Source: an uncultured bacterium (lineage in GTDB: Bacteria > Armatimonadota > HRBIN16). From it: DNA of 64,000 nt. Under the pieces are notes generated by a model. It was not told the DNA's origin. It was given only the letters and a program-made list of their open reading frames with translations, and did no database searches. Each line of letters begins with the position of its first letter. Positions within the stretch are counted from its first letter, which is position 1. A program made the position numbers and the translations under genes. The stretch spans positions 5,398-69,397 of the forward strand of contig CAZYPZ010000002.1 in assembly GCA_964650005.1 (NCBI GenBank). The letters run 5' to 3'. This document shows positions 47,675-57,299 of this stretch, piece by piece.

Positions 47675-50600
47675 TCAACGGGATCGCACAGGCTCCCGGT
47701 AGTTGTCATGCGCCACGTGTGCAGTCGATAGTGTACTCTCAGGAACCACACGTGTGGGACCACGCGTCAGACAGGCCGTCAAGCGGGCCTCTCCGCCATC
47801 CGACACAAGCACATCGGGATCCCCCGGCGCGCCCTCCAGAAACACCCCGGTCAGGTCGAGTCGGCCGCCGTGCACGGCGAGCGGTCCGCCGCCCAGCACG
47901 CTCGCGAGTGTCATGGACAGCTCGCCGCCCTGGACCACCACGGGATGAACGGGAATGCCCCACAGGGTGGTGTTGATCATCTGCGCCGCCGATCGCAGCC
48001 TCTCTCCGCATACCACGTAGCTCTTGTCGGCCACCACCGGATGCCCCGGACAGTTCATGGACACCAGCTGGGAGTTGATCAGAGTAAGGCCATCAGTCGA
48101 CAATGCGTCGAACCGCACCGACACGCGTACGCCATCGCTTCCATGCCCCAGAATGACCCCCGACGCGCCGGAGCCGTTCTGCTCCACACAACGCAGGCCG
48201 TTCAGTGCGCCGAATACCGTGTTGTTGAACTGGATGGCCTCCCGACAGTCACCCAGAACGAAAGCGTCCAGGTGGCTGTATTGGTAGACCCATGGCTGTT
48301 GGATCCCCTGCCGCCATTCCTCGGTATCCACCACCCGGTTGTCATCGAACGGTGAACGCATCCAGAAATGCGCGTTGAAGTGGCAGTTGATCACCGCTCC
48401 GCCCACAGATCCGCCGCCGACGGCGATGCCCGCGCGCAGAGGCGCTCCCGCGGCATACTCCACATGGTGGCGATCGCACCGGTGGGACATTAAGTCGATC
48501 ATCCGGTAAGGGTTCATGCATGTGGTGTTTACCACATAGAGATCCTCACCACGCCCTTGGATCAGCCATGGATACGGCACGATCCGCTCGCTGCGCTGCT
48601 CGGGATAGTAGAATGTCAATCCCCGCGTTCCGCTGCGCGGGCTGAGGGTAAGAAACGGAGCGGCCTCCTCCTCGTTACGCCCTGCATACACGCGGATCAC
48701 ACTGCCCAAACCCAAGGTGTGATGCGGCACATCATACACGCCCCGGAGTTCCACCCCCGAGGGGACATGCAGACGGCCTCGAACTGCATACAGACCGCCT
48801 GGCAGGAAGACGATCCCGCCGCCAGAACGTCCCGCGATATTCAGGGCGCGTTGAATGGACGCCGTATCGTCCGGTTCCACACCCCGTCGACGAGCCTGGG
48901 ATGGCCGGACAACGAACAGCCGGGCACGCGCCGGACGAAGCGTCCGGTCGACCGGCACGTTGAATGCGGGCAGCGTCACAGCCGGCGCCGGATCGTCGCT
49001 GATCCGGACCTTTCCCGAAACGCTCCGATCCTCTATCCGTGCGGCGCCGTTGTAGCTGTTCCCGACGATGGTCACCGCATTCACGCCCGGTCCCAACCGG
49101 ATGTGCACAGCCGGATCCGTCACGGTGCAACCGATCATCACCAGGTCACCGCGCAGGCGATCCAGCCCATTTACCACAATGCATCGATACAGCAGTATCG
49201 ATTGTGCGTCGATCCCATCCATCAGGGCGGCCCGGAGGCCGCCCCGTATGATACAGCTGTGGCAAAGCAGACGCGAGTTGAACGTGCTGCGCGTCACCAG
49301 TCCGTACGCGTCGCCCTCGAGCCGGCAATCTGTCAAGGACAGGCCGGCGAAGTTGGCATCCACCAGATCGAGGGCAATCCCGCACCCGGTCACCGTGTAC
49401 CGGTACATCTGTCCATTGTTTTCACCCAACGTGGGCGAATTCACCATTCGGATGCCGGTGTGATACCCCGTCACTGTCACAAAGGCGCTGTAGATCCATT
49501 CATACCGGCGAAACAGCATGCCCACACCGTGCCGGCGCATCCATTCAGCGTGCGGTCCATCGAGAGGCGGCGCACCGGGGAGACCGGAAAGGCTCCAGAA
49601 CTCCGGCCCGAACGACACGGTATCCACCCGGCCGCTGTCGCTCACAAAGTCGATCTGTATGCCCACGGCCAGCGGACTGCCATAGATGTCATGAAAGTAG
49701 TGCAGTTCGGAACCCCTGATGGTACGTATTCCTTGATAGGCGTTCACCAGTGTCACGTGTTTGACGGTAGCGTTATCTCCGCCCATCTGCTGAATGCAGA
49801 ACGGATAGGGAACGATCCGTGCTGGATCCTGCTCGGGATACCAAATGGACAGGCCGATCAACCCCGAGCATTGACGCAACGCGATGAATGGCTTGCCTTC
49901 GCGCTGCCAGCGTCCCGCGTAGGCCATCAGAACCGTTCCGCGCACAGTGGCGCCATGCGTTGGCGCGATCCAGTCACCGCGCAGGGTGACGCCTGTGGGC
50001 ACATCCAGATTTCCGCGGATAACATACCGGCCTTCCGGCACAAACACCGTACCGCCGCCTGCACGCGCCATGGCGGTCATGGCGCGTTGAAATGCGGCGG
50101 TATCATCGGTGACGCCGTCTCCCCGGGCTCCGGCGTCCATCACGCTGCATCCGGCGACCACGTAGTCCGATGTGGGATACCGCGTGGCGACGATACGCCA
50201 TCGGATCGGCACAACGCCAGTGGGCTGAGCATCGCGCAGAGCAGCCGCCCGTCCTCGCACATAAAGCGATTCTATCTCTCTGCCGGAAAGTGTCCGCTCG
50301 TATACCAGCAGTTCATCCAATCGGCCGTCATAGTAGCCGCCCCACGTGTGGGCGTATCCGATGCGCAGCGGCGTATCGTTCGACGTGTCACCAATACGAA
50401 CCGAGCGATAGACCGTGTCACGGCGCCCGTTGCGGTACCAGATCGCCGTGCCGGTTTGGGGATCATAGGTCACCGCCCAGTGCTGCCATTGGCCGTCATC
50501 CACGGCGGCCGTCGAAGGCAGATCACGAGCGCCTTTGGTACCGGAAATCCTGAGATTGATCCGCGTGGGCGCCACCATCCCGTCGCGGTAGATCACGTAC

Positions 50601-51010
50601 CCGGGTTCGGAGTCCGACCGTTTCTTGCTGATGAGCGCGGGGGACTGTTGCGCGGCCCACGCTGTGGGTCTCATCCAGAACGCGATGGTAAATGCGCCGC
50701 GGATGTTCGCCTGGCGGGGATCGGGCGCCTCCAAAAAGCTGTTGATCCCGTTGAGTTCCACGGCGTCACCAACCACACCAGACGTTCGTGTCACATTCTG
50801 CAGTGTCGCGCCCGCAGTGTGTTCGGACAGGTTCGACGCCAGGCCCCGATGGATGTCATCGAAAAACCAGCCGGCGATCAAACCGGCTTGGTCCGGGGCG
50901 GCAATCCTGGCGGGTGCAGACACGGCCGCACCCGCTAAGCCAAAGACCACCAAGCCAATCCCCATGGCACACCACCAGCGCGTCAACGCGCCCTTTATCC
51001 GGTCACCCAT
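47675..51010 (-). CDS. Secreted GH55-like protein: N-terminal LamG/concanavalin-like domain plus two tandem pectate-lyase-3 beta-helix domains (exo-beta-1,3-glucanase-like)
   Basis: Start at M27 (signal peptide MGDRIKGALTRWWCAMGIGLVVFGLAGAAVSA). LamG-like segment GDAVELNGINSFLEAPD...FTIAFWMRP. Two homologous beta-helix N-caps (DDTAAFQRAMTAMARAGGGTVFVPEGRYVIRG... and DDTASIQRALNIAGRSGGGIVFLPGGLYAVRG...), as in two-domain GH55 enzymes. Confidence 0.5.
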   Translation of the reverse strand: MGDRIKGALTRWWCAMGIGLVVFGLAGAAVSAPARIAAPDQAGLIAGWFFDDIHRGLASNLSEHTAGATLQNVTRTSGVVGDAVELNGINSFLEAPDPRQANIRGAFTIAFWMRPTAWAAQQSPALISKKRSDSEPGYVIYRDGMVAPTRINLRISGTKGARDLPSTAAVDDGQWQHWAVTYDPQTGTAIWYRNGRRDTVYRSVRIGDTSNDTPLRIGYAHTWGGYYDGRLDELLVYERTLSGREIESLYVRGRAAALRDAQPTGVVPIRWRIVATRYPTSDYVVAGCSVMDAGARGDGVTDDTAAFQRAMTAMARAGGGTVFVPEGRYVIRGNLDVPTGVTLRGDWIAPTHGATVRGTVLMAYAGRWQREGKPFIALRQCSGLIGLSIWYPEQDPARIVPYPFCIQQMGGDNATVKHVTLVNAYQGIRTIRGSELHYFHDIYGSPLAVGIQIDFVSDSGRVDTVSFGPEFWSLSGLPGAPPLDGPHAEWMRRHGVGMLFRRYEWIYSAFVTVTGYHTGIRMVNSPTLGENNGQMYRYTVTGCGIALDLVDANFAGLSLTDCRLEGDAYGLVTRSTFNSRLLCHSCIIRGGLRAALMDGIDAQSILLYRCIVVNGLDRLRGDLVMIGCTVTDPAVHIRLGPGVNAVTIVGNSYNGAARIEDRSVSGKVRISDDPAPAVTLPAFNVPVDRTLRPARARLFVVRPSQARRRGVEPDDTASIQRALNIAGRSGGGIVFLPGGLYAVRGRLHVPSGVELRGVYDVPHHTLGLGSVIRVYAGRNEEEAAPFLTLSPRSGTRGLTFYYPEQRSERIVPYPWLIQGRGEDLYVVNTTCMNPYRMIDLMSHRCDRHHVEYAAGAPLRAGIAVGGGSVGGAVINCHFNAHFWMRSPFDDNRVVDTEEWRQGIQQPWVYQYSHLDAFVLGDCREAIQFNNTVFGALNGLRCVEQNGSGASGVILGHGSDGVRVSVRFDALSTDGLTLINSQLVSMNCPGHPVVADKSYVVCGERLRSAAQMINTTLWGIPVHPVVVQGGELSMTLASVLGGGPLAVHGGRLDLTGVFLEGAPGDPDVLVSDGGEARLTACLTRGPTRVVPESTLSTAHVAHDNYREPVRSR

Positions 51011-51110
51011 ACTGCTGGACCCTCTTTGCTTGAACGTGATACCAGCAGATACGGCGAAGGCGCGTGTGTAACCTGCCGCGATGTCCATGTCTGACCGGAT
51101 GGCGGCTATC

Positions 51111-53111
51111 TCAAGCCAAAACCTCCACGCGCGTCACCCGATACTTCATGGCGGGGTGACTACCTTTCCGCTCCATGAGCGGTTCATTTTGCGCGCCCAG
51201 CCGTAGTGTCAGTGTGTTCACTGCGCCGTGCAGATAGGCCCATGTGGAGTGATCCTCTTCGTACAGCACCACCGGTTCCGCGTCGTCGCCGTATCGCCGC
51301 AGTGTCAGGTGATACAGCAATGGATCGCCTGCGTGGAGAACGGGATGCGCCAAAGGCAACAGACAGCCATCCCGAACGAACAGCAGCGGCCGCCCCAGCG
51401 GCGCGTGCAGTGTGGCGGCGCCCCCTCCTTCGAACAGCGCGCCGCTCCAGAAGTCGCGCCAGCACCCGGGCGGAAATGCGACCACCCGCTCCGACGCGCC
51501 CGCGACCATGGGTGCGGCCATCAGCCGGTCACCGATCAGGAACTGGTCATCCACGTCAGCCAGTTCCGCGCGATCCGGATAGTCGATCGCCAACGCCCGG
51601 AAGGGCGGCACGCCGGTTCGGAAATACTCCACAAACGATGCATGCAGGTACGGAATGAGCCGCATCCGTAGCAGGAACAGCTCCCGGCAGTACTCCGTGA
51701 GCACGTCGTGATCTGCAGCCAGCTCGCCCCGATTGTTCAGCTCCGTATCCCATTGCTTCCAGGGCGGCATCTGGATGTACCAGCCATTGATCAGCGCCAT
51801 CGGCGAGAGCACCGCCGATTCGATCCGCCGGACAAGATCCTCAGCGGACTCGGCGTGGCGCACCTCAGGCGTCCACAACAGACCGCTGGTGGAAGCTGAT
51901 GCGATCCCACGGATGAACGTCCGATGGTCATAGAGGTCGCTGTACAGCACAAAAGGCATGGAGGCGGCCAGCGATCCGGAAGAGCGGACTAACCCGTAGG
52001 TGCGCCGGTTCACTTGCTCAAACGCCTGCAGGACGGTTTGCTGAAACAGCATACCCAGGGCGGTGTGCATCTGTTCGCCATCCAGCCCTGACGGGAACCG
52101 GCTGAACTCCGCAAACGACCACGGCTTGGCCAGATAATCGGAGCTGTCGCATTCATCCAGCTTGTATCCGCTGACGCCAAGGCGTATATGCGCGTTCAGA
52201 AAGTGCTGGGCGACTAACCGTCGCGCCTCGGGCTGTGTCAAGTCCGGCAACAGCCCTCCCCACACCTCACAGTCACCGCTCAATGGCTCCAAGGGTGCAT
52301 ACAGGGGGGACTCGGGGTGCATGAAGATATGCGTCCACAGGTTCAGCCGCATCCCCATGGCCGACAGATTCTCGGTAAGCCACTCCGGATGGGGATACTT
52401 GTCCGACCAGACATGCGAACAGCTGTAACTGCGGGTCTGCCACCCGGGTTCGAGGCCGATCACATCGCAGGGCATCCGGTCCTCACGCAGCTGCTGAGCA
52501 AGCGCCAGCACATGATCGCTGTCGAAATGCCAGTCGCAACGGTACCACACGCCCAATCCCCACAGCGGCGGCACACACCCGCCGCCAGAGAACAGATTGT
52601 ACCGGGCGATCGCATCGCGCATCGTGGGACCCGCGAACACATAGATGTTCGCACCGCTGCAGTTCGGAACATCCAGATAGATGCGGTGGCCGTCACCGCG
52701 CCGGCGGGCGCAGTCCAGATATACGGTGACCGGGCGCAGCGTATCCAGCCAAAGCGCATATCCCTGTGTACTGGCCAGGAACGGCACCGGAGCATGCGAG
52801 TCGCCCAGGTCAGCGGTGGGATCGCTATTGACCCGCAACAGCTTTTTATGTCCGCGCTGCTGCAGAGACCCCAACTGCAACCCAAGGCCGTAGAACCGCT
52901 CTTCGGCGTCGATCGGAGCCGACAGGAGCCATCCCCCGCGCGCAGTGGGTTCCGCAGTCAGTTCGCTCAGGATCGCCGGGGGATTGTCCGGCGCCTCAGA
53001 CGGGTTTCTGGCAGAGCAGGTACGCAGTGTCTGCGGGCTGGGCGTATCGGGATCGCCCACACGCACACGCCACACACCCGGCGTAACCATAATACCGGTG
53101 AGTGCTGTCAT
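51111..53111 (-). CDS. Glycoside hydrolase family 31 (alpha-glucosidase/alpha-xylosidase-like), cytoplasmic
   Basis: GH31-like catalytic regions DVIGLEPGWQ and GYKLDECDSSDY (cf. WxDMNE). 666 aa with N-terminal beta-sandwich, (beta/alpha)8 and C-terminal beta domains. No signal peptide. Confidence 0.65.
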   Translation of the reverse strand: MTALTGIMVTPGVWRVRVGDPDTPSPQTLRTCSARNPSEAPDNPPAILSELTAEPTARGGWLLSAPIDAEERFYGLGLQLGSLQQRGHKKLLRVNSDPTADLGDSHAPVPFLASTQGYALWLDTLRPVTVYLDCARRRGDGHRIYLDVPNCSGANIYVFAGPTMRDAIARYNLFSGGGCVPPLWGLGVWYRCDWHFDSDHVLALAQQLREDRMPCDVIGLEPGWQTRSYSCSHVWSDKYPHPEWLTENLSAMGMRLNLWTHIFMHPESPLYAPLEPLSGDCEVWGGLLPDLTQPEARRLVAQHFLNAHIRLGVSGYKLDECDSSDYLAKPWSFAEFSRFPSGLDGEQMHTALGMLFQQTVLQAFEQVNRRTYGLVRSSGSLAASMPFVLYSDLYDHRTFIRGIASASTSGLLWTPEVRHAESAEDLVRRIESAVLSPMALINGWYIQMPPWKQWDTELNNRGELAADHDVLTEYCRELFLLRMRLIPYLHASFVEYFRTGVPPFRALAIDYPDRAELADVDDQFLIGDRLMAAPMVAGASERVVAFPPGCWRDFWSGALFEGGGAATLHAPLGRPLLFVRDGCLLPLAHPVLHAGDPLLYHLTLRRYGDDAEPVVLYEEDHSTWAYLHGAVNTLTLRLGAQNEPLMERKGSHPAMKYRVTRVEVLA

Positions 53112-53178
53112 CGAGTCACCTCTGGGCGGTTGTCACACCGTCATAGTACCTGTGAGTTCAACTGTTTCGAAATGGCTG

Positions 53179-53208
53179 TTGACACAACCGCTTCGCGGCG
53201 GCTATAAC
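53179..53208 (+). promoter_or_regulatory. Sigma70-like promoter candidate upstream of hrcA (TTGACA-N18-TATAAC)
   Basis: TTGACA at 53179-53184 and TATAAC at 53203-53208, about 75 nt upstream of the hrcA ATG. No CIRCE inverted repeat found nearby. Confidence 0.35.
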
Positions 53209-53282
53209 CGAACTGGAAGTCCGCATCTCCGTTCATCCCATGCACATATCGAACTCGGTGTTACGGAACCAGAAGGACACTC

Positions 53283-54323
53283 ATGACAGAACCCAGTCTT
53301 GAAAGACGAAAAGCGATCATCCTGCAGGCGGTGGTCATCGACTACGTCGAGACGGCCGAACCGGTGGGATCGGCCAACATCGCGGCGCGTTATGACCTGG
53401 GGGTCAAGCCGGCCACGGTCCGCAACGAACTGGCCGAGCTGTCCGATCATGGCTACCTGACCCAGCCGCATGTATCCGCCGGGCGCATTCCCACCAATCA
53501 GGGGTACCGGTATTTCGTCGACTGGCTGATGTCCCCCGCGCCGCCTTCACCCGATCAGACGAGTGCGCTGAGCGCCGAACATGCCCAACACCTGGAGGTG
53601 GAACGCCTGTTGGACTTGACCAGCCGGTTGCTGGCGCGCGCCACGCAGTACCCCTCGCTGGTCACCGCTCCGGATGCCTCGGAGACGATCATACGCGAAG
53701 TACTGATCAGCCAGCCGGCAGACGACCGGCTTCTGGTACTGGTGGTGGGCAGCTCCGGTCAGGTCGCCCATCGGTTGATCCTGCTGAGCGCCCCCTTGCG
53801 CGTCGCCGATGTAACCGCATTGAACCGACTGGCCACAAACGCATGGCAGGACCGCAGTGTCAGCATGATCAGCCCAAGCGAACAGCCTGAACTGCCCAAC
53901 GAACTGCACGCGCTGGAAGGGGTCTGGCGGCAGGTGTGCGCGGCCATGGACCACTGCCTGACCGAGTTCAATACGTGCCGAGTGTTTACTGACGGGCTGG
54001 CCCATCTACTGTCCCAACCCGAGTTCCAAGGGTCCGATCAACTGCCACGTGTGTTGAACACGCTCAGCAGCCTTCATTTGATCCGACTGCTGCAGAGACT
54101 TCGCCACAGCGAAGCGGTACAGGTACTGATCGGCGATGAACACGCGGTGCCCGGATTGGAGGACTGCAGCTGTGTGGTGTCGCCCTACCGGATCGGCGAT
54201 CACGCCGTGGGCGCGCTGTCGGTCATCGGCCCAACGCGCATGCGTTATGATGTGGCCACTTCCGCTGTACAGGTCATGGCGGAAGCGCTCTCCCAAGTGC
54301 TCACCCAGATCTCACTTGACTAG
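53283..54323 (+). CDS. hrcA: Heat-inducible transcription repressor HrcA
   Basis: N-terminal wHTH ERRKAIILQAVVIDYVETAEPVGSANIA...VKPATVRNELAELSDHGYLTQPHVSAGRIPTNQGYRYFVD is the canonical HrcA signature. 346 aa. Confidence 0.85.
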   Translation: MTEPSLERRKAIILQAVVIDYVETAEPVGSANIAARYDLGVKPATVRNELAELSDHGYLTQPHVSAGRIPTNQGYRYFVDWLMSPAPPSPDQTSALSAEHAQHLEVERLLDLTSRLLARATQYPSLVTAPDASETIIREVLISQPADDRLLVLVVGSSGQVAHRLILLSAPLRVADVTALNRLATNAWQDRSVSMISPSEQPELPNELHALEGVWRQVCAAMDHCLTEFNTCRVFTDGLAHLLSQPEFQGSDQLPRVLNTLSSLHLIRLLQRLRHSEAVQVLIGDEHAVPGLEDCSCVVSPYRIGDHAVGALSVIGPTRMRYDVATSAVQVMAEALSQVLTQISLD

Positions 54324-54334
54324 CCTGCGGCCGT

Positions 54335-55222
54335 TCAGCGGTCCGGATCGAACGGCTGACCCAACCCCGAAGTCCGCCGAAACACGTCGGGACATAGATT
54401 GCGTGTGAGCGCGCGGTACCGGCGCGGCCTGCGGAAGGCGGCTCCCCAGATGGTGTCCCGGCGGATCTGACGTACCGCGTCCAGATCGAAGCGTCCCCAC
54501 AGGATCTGCTCGCGTGCATCGGCAATCGCCTGGATCCGGCCGTCGGCCTCCACCGCCATGCTGCGTCCTTCATACACCGGCCCGGCGTAGTTGCACATGG
54601 CCATCACCATCGCGTTCTCCATGCCCCGTATACTGAACTGCTGTACCCGGTCCGGCAACAGGAGACAGGCGTTGGGTGTCAGCACCACCTCGGCGCCTTT
54701 CAGCATACACACCCGGGCGCTCTCGGGAAACTCCCGGTCATAGCAGATCATCGCGCCCACCATCACCGTGCCATGCCGGGTGTTCAATGGCTCCACATAC
54801 CAGTCGCGCCCCGGGGTGCAACTGGCCTCGAAGTTGCAGAAGTCACAGGTGTGCACCTTGGCATAGGTAAACACCTCACGTCCGGTGCGGTCGAACAACG
54901 TCACGCTATTGCGGGGAGCGCGCGGCCATCGTTGCAGGTAACCCACACCGATGGCAATGCCCCATTCGGACGCCATGCGGGCGAACTGCTGCACCCAGGG
55001 ACCATCCGTGGCGACCGCCTGACGCCTCCAGGCGGCGATAGCCTGCGGATCGGTCCCCTCGAAGCCGGTGTAACCGATGTTGAGCATCTCCGGTGTCAGC
55101 GCGATGTCCGCGCCTTCACGGGCGGCTTGCCGAATCAGCGGGATAACCCGTTCCGCATTGGCCTGTTGATCGGCGCCCTGCGGCTCCACCTGGATCAGCG
55201 CGATGGTAAGTGTCTGCGGCAT
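54335..55222 (-). CDS. Carbon-nitrogen hydrolase (nitrilase superfamily) protein, second copy
   Basis: Start at M31 (MPQTLTIALIQV), preceded on the minus strand by GGAGGT. E in IALTPEML, K in YAKVHTCDF, C in GAMICYDREF. Confidence 0.75.
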   Translation of the reverse strand: MPQTLTIALIQVEPQGADQQANAERVIPLIRQAAREGADIALTPEMLNIGYTGFEGTDPQAIAAWRRQAVATDGPWVQQFARMASEWGIAIGVGYLQRWPRAPRNSVTLFDRTGREVFTYAKVHTCDFCNFEASCTPGRDWYVEPLNTRHGTVMVGAMICYDREFPESARVCMLKGAEVVLTPNACLLLPDRVQQFSIRGMENAMVMAMCNYAGPVYEGRSMAVEADGRIQAIADAREQILWGRFDLDAVRQIRRDTIWGAAFRRPRRYRALTRNLCPDVFRRTSGLGQPFDPDR

Positions 55223-55233
55223 GGGGGACCTCC

Positions 55234-57270
55234 TCAAGGTGCGTCCGGTGTGTATGTCACATCGAGCCGTCGGCCGGTCTGAGGGTCGCTCAGACGCAGA
55301 AAACAGCCCCAATGCGCGGGCATTCCCGCCCGTTCACCCGCATGATACGCCACCAACAAGTCATTCGGCCCGGAACGCAACGCGCCCACCCCGTCGGTCA
55401 ACGGCGCCCCGTTCAGCCAGATCCGGCGCATGTGCGCCCGGTCACCGTCCACACGCACGGGCTGGTTGTGCGGACTGAGAACGCGGGCATGGATGAAGTA
55501 TACGGGACTCACCAGCTGGCGCCAGTCGCCTGTGGTGCAGATAACCTCAGGATGTCCCCAGCCTGGCGGGGTGATACCCACCGAAGCATCATCCGCCCAA
55601 GTGCGTTTCAGTTGTGATGCAATGCTCTCCGCCGTCACCGGCCCTTGGTCCAGCTGCTCCCACATCAGGCTGTCCGGATCCACCGGTCCAAGCACTCGGC
55701 ACCGACCGGCGGGCAGCGACGGAACGGGCTGAGGTGGCGTCTGACACGTGACGTACAGCCTCGCCGGCATGTCTCCCCATTGGAAGTCCAGCTGAACCGC
55801 GTAATAGGCCGAACCGTACTGAAACGCGACATCACGCGCCGGGTCCAGCGGTACACGCAAGCGGTATTGCCGACGCGCGCCCACCGGTATCGGGTGATAC
55901 AACCGCCTGATGACGCCCGGCGTGTGCATCAATGGCAGTCGATATTGTGCAGACACACCGCGCAATGGACGGTCGCTGTGATTATCGATCTGCAGACACA
56001 AAGCACCATATTCGTAGTGTAGATTCGCGCGAAGTCCGGGAAAGTCCGGATCCTCCGTGCGGTATCGAATATCCGAATCGTTCGCGCTGTTGTGTACCAC
56101 GCCGATCCGCTGAGGCATGCGCTGGTCCAAAGCATGCGGCACATGGATGCAGGCCCCCTCACGGGTGACCCCGGGTCCTTCTACTGCCGTCAGCCGCTCC
56201 GGCGGCACGCCGTCCAGTTGAAGCGAAAGCGGAATGCTGTCGTTCAGCCATGCCATAATCGGGCGCGTGAGGGTTATGTGCACAGTTGCGCCATCACGCC
56301 GGCACTGAACACGGCTCAACCGGGCCTGCTGCCAATACGCGGCATATTCGTTTTGGTTGCAATGCCACGCATTTGGTACAGCGCGAAGCGCATCCAGTCG
56401 CGCCTCCAGCACATCCCAGCCGAACGGCAGCCAATCAGTACCATACCAAGCGTGCATCGAGTTGCTGATGGCATCACCGCGGGCGATCCGCTGCGGATCG
56501 TTCAATGCCCAGTTCAGCGCGCGAGACCATTCATCGTACGGGGCGTTCTCCGGCGGAAGGATCCGGCTGAACGCCAGATCGGACGGCACCCGGTCTGCAT
56601 GGCCGGCGAACTCTGCGATCCCTTGATATCCTGCGCGACGCAGGCACTCCAGCGCATCGGCATGCACCGCATCGCCTTCCATCTCGTTACGGATATCGAT
56701 GTAACTGAACGTGTAACTGCTGACCGGCGCATCCAGCTCGGCTTCCCATTCGATGCGCACATTCAGCATCTCCTGAAACATGCGGTTCCGGTGACAGTAG
56801 GTGATGTATGGGTGGGTCATGCTGTGACCGCCGATGGTGTGCCCATCCGCCAGCAGTCCACGGGCTGTCGGCCGATAATCGTCCCGGTAGTGCAGATCGC
56901 ACTCCCAGTTGGAGTTCAGGTAGTAGGTGCCCCGGATCCCACGATCGGCCATCAGCCGATGCGCCGTGACGTTGCCCATATTGGCGTCATCCCATCGGCA
57001 CGTGATGGCTACCTGGCGGCCGTCCGGCAAGGGCGCCATGCGAAACGACGCCCGTTTGGCGCTTTCCGGCGAGTCAAACCGGCAAATCAGCTGTTGCCGG
57101 TACATGGGTACAGAGATCTGACGAACCGAGGGTGTCATGACAGCCTCCGATGCAGCGGATGGAACGGCCAGTGCAGCCGCCAGACCGCCAGCCAGGGTCA
57201 GCCAGAGGGTTCGCAACGTTGGCCTCCCAGTGTTTCGAACACTTGATGTCTTTGGAACAAATGGTATCAT
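55234..57270 (-). CDS. Secreted polysaccharide deacetylase (CE4 / NodB-homology domain) with large C-terminal extension
   Basis: Start at M42 (signal peptide MIPFVPKTSSVRNTGRPTLRTLWLTLAGGLAAALAVPSAAS). NodB-like motifs CRWDDANMGNV (TFDDG-like) and HTIGGHSMTHP. About 678 aa. Confidence 0.6.
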   Translation of the reverse strand: MIPFVPKTSSVRNTGRPTLRTLWLTLAGGLAAALAVPSAASEAVMTPSVRQISVPMYRQQLICRFDSPESAKRASFRMAPLPDGRQVAITCRWDDANMGNVTAHRLMADRGIRGTYYLNSNWECDLHYRDDYRPTARGLLADGHTIGGHSMTHPYITYCHRNRMFQEMLNVRIEWEAELDAPVSSYTFSYIDIRNEMEGDAVHADALECLRRAGYQGIAEFAGHADRVPSDLAFSRILPPENAPYDEWSRALNWALNDPQRIARGDAISNSMHAWYGTDWLPFGWDVLEARLDALRAVPNAWHCNQNEYAAYWQQARLSRVQCRRDGATVHITLTRPIMAWLNDSIPLSLQLDGVPPERLTAVEGPGVTREGACIHVPHALDQRMPQRIGVVHNSANDSDIRYRTEDPDFPGLRANLHYEYGALCLQIDNHSDRPLRGVSAQYRLPLMHTPGVIRRLYHPIPVGARRQYRLRVPLDPARDVAFQYGSAYYAVQLDFQWGDMPARLYVTCQTPPQPVPSLPAGRCRVLGPVDPDSLMWEQLDQGPVTAESIASQLKRTWADDASVGITPPGWGHPEVICTTGDWRQLVSPVYFIHARVLSPHNQPVRVDGDRAHMRRIWLNGAPLTDGVGALRSGPNDLLVAYHAGERAGMPAHWGCFLRLSDPQTGRRLDVTYTPDAP

Positions 57271-57279
57271 ATATCCAAC

Positions 57280-57299
57280 GCCGGCGCCATGGTGCCGGC
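57280..57299. promoter_or_regulatory. 20-bp near-perfect palindrome GCCGGCGCCATGGTGCCGGC in the CE4/paralog-2 divergent junction
   Basis: 18/20 self-complementary, centred on CCATGG. It lies between the divergent starts at 57270 (-) and 57289/57328 (+). Confidence 0.3.

Noticed and set aside
53112-53282. CIRCE element upstream of hrcA
   Set aside because: I searched for TTAGCACTC-N9-GAGTGCTAA-like inverted repeats. Only unrelated direct-repeat-like TTGTCACA/TTGACACA segments are present.
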